64,000 bases of DNA, from assembly GCA_021776805.1 (NCBI GenBank), contig JAJFFD010000092.1, positions 22,089 to 86,088 of the forward strand. Reading direction: 5' to 3'. A model generated the notes under the pieces. That model searched no databases, was not told the DNA's origin, and saw only the letters and a program-made list of their open reading frames with translations. The number at the start of each line of letters is the position of its first letter. The stretch's first letter is position 1. This document shows positions 57,276 to 64,000 of the stretch, one piece after another. The position numbers and the translations under genes were made by a program. The stretch comes from Planctomycetota bacterium. GTDB lineage: Bacteria; Planctomycetota; UBA1135; UBA2386.

Positions 57276-60122
57276 ATGAAATTCGATTTTGGTGGGATAC
57301 CTAAGCTCTTCGGGAAGAGGCTGCAGCGGGTTTTTGGGTCGTCGAACCAGAGATTGTTAAACCGCTATCGCCCGCTGGTGAGCAAGATCAACGAACTCGA
57401 GGATTGGGCTAAGGGGCTGACGCAAGAGCAGATGAAGGCGCAAGCCGCCGAGTGGAGGCAGCAAATCGTCGCTGGTGAAAAGGACTTGGACGATATCCTG
57501 CCAGAGGCTTTTGCGATGACCCGTGAAGCCAGTACCCGGAGTATTGGCCTTCGCCACTTCGATATGCAATTGGTCGGTGGACTCGTTCTGCACACTGGCA
57601 ACATCGCAGAGATGGTGACCGGTGAAGGCAAGACTCTGGTGGCAACGCTTGCTGCGGCACTCAACGCCTTGTCTGGCAAGGGTGTGTATGTGGTCACGGT
57701 CAACGACTATCTAGCCAAGCGTGACCGTGATTGGATGGCGCCGATCTTCGAGTATATGGGGCTCACAGTTGGCGCGATCCAGGCTGCCATGGGCCCCTCG
57801 GAGCGACAGCCGCAATACGCCTGCGACATCATTTACGGCACCAACAACGAGTTCGGATTCGACTATCTGCGCGACAACATGAAGTGGCGCACGGAAGAGC
57901 AAGTCCAAAAGCAGCTCAACTTTGCCATTGTTGACGAGGTGGATTCGATTCTTGTCGATGAAGCCAGGACTCCGCTGATCATCTCAGGGCCACCTGAAGG
58001 TAAGACAGATCGGTATGTGACATGTGATCGCATTTCCCGTGCTCTCAAGGAGGGCGAGGACTTCGAAGTCAAGCTCAAGGAGCAGCAATGCCTTCTTACT
58101 GAAGTCGGCATGGCGAAGGCTGAGAAGATGGCCGGGGTGGACAGCTTCTACTCAGATCCAGCGAACATGGATTGGCCGCATCACATCGAGCAGTCGCTCC
58201 GTGCGCACTACATCTACAAGCGTGACAAAGAGTATGTCGTTGCTGAGAACCAGAAGTCTGGCCGAGTAGAGGTCATCATTGTCGACGAGTTTACCGGTCG
58301 CCTGATGGCTGGTAGACGCTGGAGCGACGGTTTGCACCAAGCCGTTGAAGCCAAAGAAGGCATGACACCGCAGGAGGAGTCGCAAGTTCTCGCCACGATT
58401 ACCTTGCAGAACTACTTCAGGATGTTCAACAAGTTGGCGGGAATGACCGGCACCGCCATGACCGAGGCTTCGGAGTTCGCCAAGATCTACGACTTGGATG
58501 TTGTTGCTATTCCGACCAACAGGCCATTGGTGCGCGATGATCTGAATGACTTGATCTACCTGGATGAGAACGACAAGCACGAGGCGATTGTCGAGGATGT
58601 GCGCGAAGCCTCAGGCAAGGGTCGGCCAGTTTTGGTGGGGACGACTTCTATCGAGAAGTCAGAGAGCCTGTCCGCTTACTTGAAGAAGGCAGGCATCAAG
58701 CATGAGGTGTTGAACGCCAAGCATCACGAGCGGGAGGCAGACATCATCGCTCAGGCCGGGTCCAAGAGTGCGGTCACAGTCGCTACTAATATGGCCGGTC
58801 GTGGCACGGATATCGTGCTTGGTGGGAACCCTGAGATGATGCTCGCCAAAGAGGTCAAGGAAGGGAAAGTCGAGGCGGAATCAGAAGAGGCAAAGAGCCG
58901 GCTCGCTGAGTTGAAACTGATTTGTGGAGATGCGCAGAAGGAGATTCTTGCCGAGGGCGGGTTGCTCGTGATCGGGACAGAGCGTCACGAGTCGCGTCGG
59001 ATTGACAATCAGCTCAGAGGTCGTTGCGGTCGTCAGGGTGACCCCGGCGCTACACGATTCTTCCTCTGCTTCGACGATGATCTCATGCGGATTTTTGCCC
59101 GCGATTGGGTGAAGACGATGATGGAGCGGCTTGGGCTCAAGCATGGCGAAGTGATCGAGAGTCCGATGGTCACACGTGGTATCGAGCGGGCGCAGAAGAA
59201 GGTCGAAGCGAGAAACTTCGACATCCGTAAGAATCTGCTCGAATACGACGAGGTGATGGACAAGCAACGCAAGTTCATCTACGGCCAACGCAAGGAAGTG
59301 CTTCATAAGGAAGGCATCAAGGACAAGATCCTTGGCATGTTCGAGGAAGTGCTCGATATCCAGATCGATCTGCATGCCGGGGACAAGGATGCGCCGGTCG
59401 AGTACGACGAGATTCGAAAGTGGTTCGTGCGCAAGGCTGGCGACCAGATTGATCTTGAAGGCCTTGAGGCTGTTGGCAGAGAGCAGTTGTTCGCTTGGTG
59501 CATCGAGCGCATCGACAAGCACTTCGAGACCCGCGGCGCCCATTTTGGTGAGGAAGACTGGGCCAAGATTCAGCAGTTCTTGCTCCTCGACACCATGGAT
59601 CAGAAGTGGAAGGATCACCTCCACGCCATGGAAGTTCTCAAGGCGGGCATCGGCCTGCGTGGTTACGCGCAGGTCGATCCAAAGAATGAGTACAAGAAGG
59701 AGGGGTTCGAGAAGTTCAAGCTCCTGAAGGAGGCCATTGCGGACCAAGTCACGAACTTGATCTTCAAGGTCGATCTTGGTGGTGAGCAGATGCGCCAGGC
59801 AAGGCCAGCTCCGCCGCCAATGCCCCGGCCGCAGGATCCGGTAACCGCCAAGGCTATGGTAGAAGCCCTGATTGCTGCCGGTCAGGCGCCGCCCGAGATG
59901 CTCAAGGCCATGGCCGAGGGTGGAGAGGTCAGGGTGACGCGGAAGCCACAGCAGTCGCAGAGGGCGACATCGTCCCCTGCCACAGCCAAAGCGCCGCAGA
60001 CAACGAAGGAAGCTCCAGGAGGAGTTGCCAAGGTTGAAGGCAAGCGCGTGGGCCGCAACGATCCTTGTCCCTGCGGATCTGGAGTGAAGTACAAGAAGTG
60101 TTGCCATCCGGCCTTTGACTAG
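57276..60122 (+). CDS. secA: Preprotein translocase ATPase SecA
   Basis: EMVTGEGKTL, VTVNDYLA.RD, DEVDSILVDEARTPLIISG, ATNMAGRGTDI, QLRGRCGRQGDPG, SEC-C motif GRNDPCPCGSG.KYKKCC. Confidence 0.99.
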   Translation: MKFDFGGIPKLFGKRLQRVFGSSNQRLLNRYRPLVSKINELEDWAKGLTQEQMKAQAAEWRQQIVAGEKDLDDILPEAFAMTREASTRSIGLRHFDMQLVGGLVLHTGNIAEMVTGEGKTLVATLAAALNALSGKGVYVVTVNDYLAKRDRDWMAPIFEYMGLTVGAIQAAMGPSERQPQYACDIIYGTNNEFGFDYLRDNMKWRTEEQVQKQLNFAIVDEVDSILVDEARTPLIISGPPEGKTDRYVTCDRISRALKEGEDFEVKLKEQQCLLTEVGMAKAEKMAGVDSFYSDPANMDWPHHIEQSLRAHYIYKRDKEYVVAENQKSGRVEVIIVDEFTGRLMAGRRWSDGLHQAVEAKEGMTPQEESQVLATITLQNYFRMFNKLAGMTGTAMTEASEFAKIYDLDVVAIPTNRPLVRDDLNDLIYLDENDKHEAIVEDVREASGKGRPVLVGTTSIEKSESLSAYLKKAGIKHEVLNAKHHEREADIIAQAGSKSAVTVATNMAGRGTDIVLGGNPEMMLAKEVKEGKVEAESEEAKSRLAELKLICGDAQKEILAEGGLLVIGTERHESRRIDNQLRGRCGRQGDPGATRFFLCFDDDLMRIFARDWVKTMMERLGLKHGEVIESPMVTRGIERAQKKVEARNFDIRKNLLEYDEVMDKQRKFIYGQRKEVLHKEGIKDKILGMFEEVLDIQIDLHAGDKDAPVEYDEIRKWFVRKAGDQIDLEGLEAVGREQLFAWCIERIDKHFETRGAHFGEEDWAKIQQFLLLDTMDQKWKDHLHAMEVLKAGIGLRGYAQVDPKNEYKKEGFEKFKLLKEAIADQVTNLIFKVDLGGEQMRQARPAPPPMPRPQDPVTAKAMVEALIAAGQAPPEMLKAMAEGGEVRVTRKPQQSQRATSSPATAKAPQTTKEAPGGVAKVEGKRVGRNDPCPCGSGVKYKKCCHPAFD

Positions 60123-61509
60123 AAGCTCGCCAAACAGCCTGGGTCATTTGTCTTTAGATCGTCAAACCAGCGCTTGCTCGCCCCCGCTCTGGCGGGGCAC
60201 AGCCGCGCTGGTCGTCTACCACCTTCTCTTCTTGCTGACGATTCCCGTTCTCGGGCCGATTCACATTTGGCGAATGTGCACGCGCCCGCGTTACCGAGCG
60301 AGCTTGCTCGCGAGGATGGGCAATCTTGCGCGATCCGAAGAGGGCACGCGCCCTATTTGGATTCACGGGGTTTCTGTCGGAGAAGTCAAAGCTGCGGCGA
60401 CTCTCATTGAATCCCTGCATGCGAGCATGCCAGATGTTGAACTGGTCATTTCAACCACAACCTCAACAGGCTTTGAGATCGCCAAGTTGATGTATGAGGG
60501 TGATCGAGTGATCTACTACCCAGTCGACTTCGGTCCATTCCCCGGGCGTGCTCTTGACCGGATCAATCCCAGTTGCATCCTGCTGGTAGAGTTGGAGATT
60601 TGGCCGAATTTCCTTCAGGCCGCGGCCCGTCGATCGGTGCCCGTGGCTGTCATCAATGGGAGGATCTCGGACAAGAGCTACCGTGGCTACAAGACTGTGT
60701 TGTTCTTCCTGCCACAACTCTTTTGGGTTGAAGCCTACTTCGTTCAGGACATGGTCTATCGGGATCGTCTCCTTGGACTCGGGATTGATCCAGACAAGAT
60801 CGCCCTCACGGGCAACATGAAGTACGACAGTGTGCACCTTGCCCATCCAGGACATGAGCCGTCTGAGCTGCGTCACTGGTTGGCGCCAGCCGGCGAACTC
60901 ATCTTGGTGGCTGGTTCAACGCATGGTGAGGAAGACAGGAAGCTCGCCGAGCTGCTGCCCGGCCTGGCCAAGGGTTCTGATCGGGGAATTCGCCTGGTCG
61001 TGACTCCTAGGCATCCAGAGCGATCACAGGCGGTTATTGGTGAATTGAGGGCTCTGGGCGTTGGCGCTCGCCGTTGGAGTGAGGGCATGCAGGCTTCCAA
61101 TCCCATGGCAGGTGATGAGGTGCTGGTTGTAGATACCATCGGGCATCTCGAGACCTTCTATGCAGCCTGCGATATTGCCTTTGTCGGTGGCAGCATGGTG
61201 CCCCATGGCGGCCAGAACATGATCGAACCGGCTGCGATTGGCAAACCGGTAGTCTTTGGCCCGCACACATCGAACTTTCGGAAGGACGTGGAGTTGTTGC
61301 TTGCCGTCGACGCGGTACTCCAAGTCCGGGATTGGGAGGAGCTCGCCGCGACTCTGGCAAGGCTCCTTTCTGACGCTGAGGCTCGCAAGACGCTTGGCGA
61401 ACGAGCGGTGGAATTGATTCGAAAGAACCAAGGAGCCACTGAGCGCACGCGCCTTCTCCTAGAGCCGATCTTTCAGAAGGCGGGACTTCTGAAGGCCTCG
61501 GTAGTTTAG
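60115..61509 (+). CDS. waaA: 3-deoxy-D-manno-octulosonic acid (Kdo) transferase
   Basis: WIHGVSVGE, ELEIWPN, NGRIS, GNMKYD, AGSTH.GEE, PRHPER, VGGS..GGQN.IEP; true start probably slightly downstream. Confidence 0.93.
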   Translation: MTRSSPNSLGHLSLDRQTSACSPPLWRGTAALVVYHLLFLLTIPVLGPIHIWRMCTRPRYRASLLARMGNLARSEEGTRPIWIHGVSVGEVKAAATLIESLHASMPDVELVISTTTSTGFEIAKLMYEGDRVIYYPVDFGPFPGRALDRINPSCILLVELEIWPNFLQAAARRSVPVAVINGRISDKSYRGYKTVLFFLPQLFWVEAYFVQDMVYRDRLLGLGIDPDKIALTGNMKYDSVHLAHPGHEPSELRHWLAPAGELILVAGSTHGEEDRKLAELLPGLAKGSDRGIRLVVTPRHPERSQAVIGELRALGVGARRWSEGMQASNPMAGDEVLVVDTIGHLETFYAACDIAFVGGSMVPHGGQNMIEPAAIGKPVVFGPHTSNFRKDVELLLAVDAVLQVRDWEELAATLARLLSDAEARKTLGERAVELIRKNQGATERTRLLLEPIFQKAGLLKASVV

Positions 61510-61610
61510 ATCATGGCGACGGCGGCTAGGAGGCCGATCATCAGCAAGCCGAGAAGGGTGAGCACTACCGGCGTACGCTGGACAACTATGTTGGAGCTTC
61601 GAGCGATCAT
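61506..61610 (-). CDS. Possible 34-aa single-TM small protein MIARSSNIVVQRTPVVLTLLGLLMIGLLAAVAMI
   Basis: Hand-read ORF in the waaA-metK gap; one clean hydrophobic helix, stop overlapping the waaA stop; no SD seen. Confidence 0.35.
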   Translation of the reverse strand: MIARSSNIVVQRTPVVLTLLGLLMIGLLAAVAMI

Positions 61611-61849
61611 TGCGGTGGAAGGAATCGGAAGCACGTTGGCTGGCAGCGCTGCCAGACTTCAGCAGCTTCCTGTCGGTCTAGTGCCGGATACTGATTAAGT
61701 TGCCGGACCGTGGCATGGCTTTTTGCCTGTTCTGGGTCGCATGGACTGCACGCATGCTGGCCACTGCTAATGACTGCAGGTAGACTCCTCCGCCCAACCG
61801 GTCAGCTTACTTCTACTCCAGCGAAATACACGCTCAGCCAAGATCCGCA

Positions 61850-63019
61850 ATGACCCAGGAACTCCGTCTCTTTACCAGTGAATCCGTCAGCGAGGGCCAC
61901 CCTGACAAGGTCTGTGATCAGATCTCAGACGCGGTCCTAGACGCCCATCTCGATCAGGATCCCAGTTCGCGGGTTGCCTGTGAAACTTTGACCTCCCGCG
62001 GCCTGGTCGTGGTCGCTGGCGAAATCACCAGCTCCGCAACTGTGGACTACCAGGCGGTCATTCGGGGTGTCGTTGCAGACATCGGCTATAACGATCCTGA
62101 GATCGGCTTCGACGCAGAATCCTGCGCCGTGTTGACTGCAATCGGAAAGCAGTCTGTGGATATCGCTCTTGGCGTCGATGCTGAGACTTCGCAAAGCCAC
62201 GAGCAGGGTGCTGGCGATCAGGGGATGATGTTCGGCTTCGCCTGTCGTGAGACGGAGGAGTTCATGCCCCTGCCAATCCACTACAGCCATCGACTCCTCG
62301 AGGCCTTGGCTGAGGTGCGAAAGAGTGGCCGCTACTCCTTTCTGCGTCCGGACTCCAAGAGCCAGCTGACCGTCGAATATGACGCTGATCACAAGCCGAG
62401 ACGCATTCACACGGTGGTGATCTCGCATCAGCACAAGCCGGATGTCTCCGATGCAGAGTTGCATGAGGCGCTCCACACGGTTGCAAAGGAAGTCCTTCCA
62501 GGCGATCTCCTCGATGATTCAACCCGTTGGTTCTTGAACCCTACAGGTAGATTTGCCGAAGGTGGACCCAAGGCTGATGCGGGCTTGACCGGTCGAAAGA
62601 TCATCGTCGACACCTATGGCGGCATGGGGCGGCATGGTGGTGGCGCCTTCTCTGGCAAGGATCCGAGCAAGGTCGACCGGTCTGCAGCTTATGCCTCGCG
62701 TTGGGTGGCCAAGCATGTGGTTGCGAAGGGCTGGGCGGATCGCTGCGAGGTGCAAGTGGCCTACGCGATAGGCGTCGCTGAGCCGGTCAGCATCCGTTGC
62801 GACACCTTTGGAACCTTGAACCAGGATTGCTTCAAGGATGAGAGCGCCCTGACCGCAAGGGTTAGAGAGCACTTTGGGAGCTACCTGCGTCCGGCTGGAA
62901 TCGCTGAGCATTTCCAACTCAGGCGGCCCATTTACCAGCCCACCGCGGCCTATGGACATTTCGGGCGCCCCGAATTCCCTTGGGAAAAACTGGATCAACT
63001 GGAAGCGCTCGGCGACTAG
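61850..63019 (+). CDS. metK: S-adenosylmethionine synthetase
   Basis: [55 protein letters not shown]. Confidence 0.99.
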   Translation: MTQELRLFTSESVSEGHPDKVCDQISDAVLDAHLDQDPSSRVACETLTSRGLVVVAGEITSSATVDYQAVIRGVVADIGYNDPEIGFDAESCAVLTAIGKQSVDIALGVDAETSQSHEQGAGDQGMMFGFACRETEEFMPLPIHYSHRLLEALAEVRKSGRYSFLRPDSKSQLTVEYDADHKPRRIHTVVISHQHKPDVSDAELHEALHTVAKEVLPGDLLDDSTRWFLNPTGRFAEGGPKADAGLTGRKIIVDTYGGMGRHGGGAFSGKDPSKVDRSAAYASRWVAKHVVAKGWADRCEVQVAYAIGVAEPVSIRCDTFGTLNQDCFKDESALTARVREHFGSYLRPAGIAEHFQLRRPIYQPTAAYGHFGRPEFPWEKLDQLEALGD

Positions 63020-63181
63020 AGCAAGACAACCCAAAGCGCCGAATTCCCCCTGGGAAGGGCTAGAAGGCTCTCTCCGAGGTAGACTGTGGTGGGCGTCCGT
63101 GCGTCTACGAAAATCGGTTTCTGTGAGGGGTCGCGTGACTATCGACACCGCCCCCAAGCATGGTCGTGAGGTTGGTCAGTC

Positions 63182-64000
63182 GTGAATGATGAGCTCGAAG
63201 TATTCTTCTGTGATCTCTGCGGCGCCTCCGTGCCCGCTACGGACTTGGATCGCGCCAGGGCCGAGCGCATGCATGGCAAGATTATCGGGCTGTGCTGCCT
63301 GACTGAGCTTCGACCTAGCCAGAGCTCTGGATCCTCGCGCGCGGTCATTATGGCGAGCGCGCTCATTCTGCTGGTGTCGGTGGCCAGTTTGGGAATCTTC
63401 GTCGATTGGCGCCTGGGTGCCGATGCCCAGACCAGGCGTGGAGAGATTGCTCGAGTCATGGACTTGCTCCGTGGTCAGGACAACCGAATGGGCTCTGTCG
63501 AGATGCAACTACGTGAGGCGCCAGCCGCAAGTGACCTCGAGGACATCAAGCGTGGATCGGATAACCTTCGGGATGGGTTGATCAACCTCGACCAGAGTCT
63601 GGCCAAGTCACTTGACGCTTCGGATGCAAAGCTTCAGGTGCTCATGGAGGCGATGGGCGAGTTGCGAAGGGCTGTTGATTTGCAAAGCGCGAAGATCTCG
63701 GATTTGCAGGAGCAGTCTGCCGAGGCCCTCCGGGATCTAGCCAGTATCCTGGCTCAGCCGGGAGCTCTCAGTTCGGCAGCAGGGCCGGAAGATTCGAGCT
63801 TCCCGATACCTGTTGGGGCCGGGAATTCACTGCCTGAGGAGCTTGCCATACACCTCCCTGGTCTGCTAGATGGCGATGCCGGGACGAGATTCGAGGCAGT
63901 AGATGAACTCTTGCAGAGTGGGGACGAGCGTGTCTTCGATTCCATTCTCCCCCTGGCCCAAGACCCAGACCCTTTTGTCCGCCGCTTGGTGTTAGAGGGT
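63182..64000 (+). CDS. Cys-motif / TM / coiled-coil / HEAT-repeat protein, 3'-truncated by window edge
   Basis: Hand-read frame from GTG 63182 with no stop to the window end: FFCDLCGASV..GLCC, TM AVIMASALILLVSVASLGIFV, coiled coil, TRFEAVDEL..DPDPFVRR HEAT. Confidence 0.75.
   Translation, partial: MNDELEVFFCDLCGASVPATDLDRARAERMHGKIIGLCCLTELRPSQSSGSSRAVIMASALILLVSVASLGIFVDWRLGADAQTRRGEIARVMDLLRGQDNRMGSVEMQLREAPAASDLEDIKRGSDNLRDGLINLDQSLAKSLDASDAKLQVLMEAMGELRRAVDLQSAKISDLQEQSAEALRDLASILAQPGALSSAAGPEDSSFPIPVGAGNSLPEELAIHLPGLLDGDAGTRFEAVDELLQSGDERVFDSILPLAQDPDPFVRRLVLEG

Noticed and set aside
58881-60107. Long antisense ORFs (408 aa here; also 1624-2655, 9699-10673, 47445-48455)
   Set aside because: Shadow ORFs expected opposite GC-rich coding genes; no recognisable motifs.
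61700-61849. SAM riboswitch or SahR site upstream of metK
   Set aside because: I could not match SAM-I/II/SAH consensus elements or ATATCA-N8-TGATAT by eye; an Rfam scan would settle it.

Overview
About 64 kb of GC-rich, gene-dense core bacterial chromosome. I found no prophage, integrase island, transposase, CRISPR array or rRNA. The gene content suggests an uncultured Planctomycetota-like diderm (inference from many HEAT/TPR orphans, a Kelch protein with a PVC-type C-terminal tail, and waaA plus ddl). Contents in order: recA; alaS; rpmF-plsX-fabH-fabG-acpP-fabF; ROK kinase-ddl-dapB plus two LapB-like TPR proteins; tRNA-Leu(CAA); a complete 7-gene his operon on the minus strand; peptidases, fadE and GH113; sahR-ahcY; tRNA-Leu(TAA); fumC; tRNA-Cys; uvrBC; xerD; dksA-like; lspA; a response regulator; secA; waaA; metK. 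Most notable: (1) an unannotated ORF immediately upstream of secA, with a hydrophobic N-terminal segment, a C-terminal RRGIPAPRAP motif and a hairpin-rich spacer, which is a candidate SecM-like secretion-monitoring arrest peptide; (2) a His-rich leader peptide with promoter and terminator (attenuator) in front of a his operon carrying HisC-HAD and HisA-HisI-HisE fusions; (3) a palindromic SahR operator with perfect 9-bp arms; (4) tandem LapB-like proteins and several orphan domains. All calls come from motif recognition by eye; no database searches were run.
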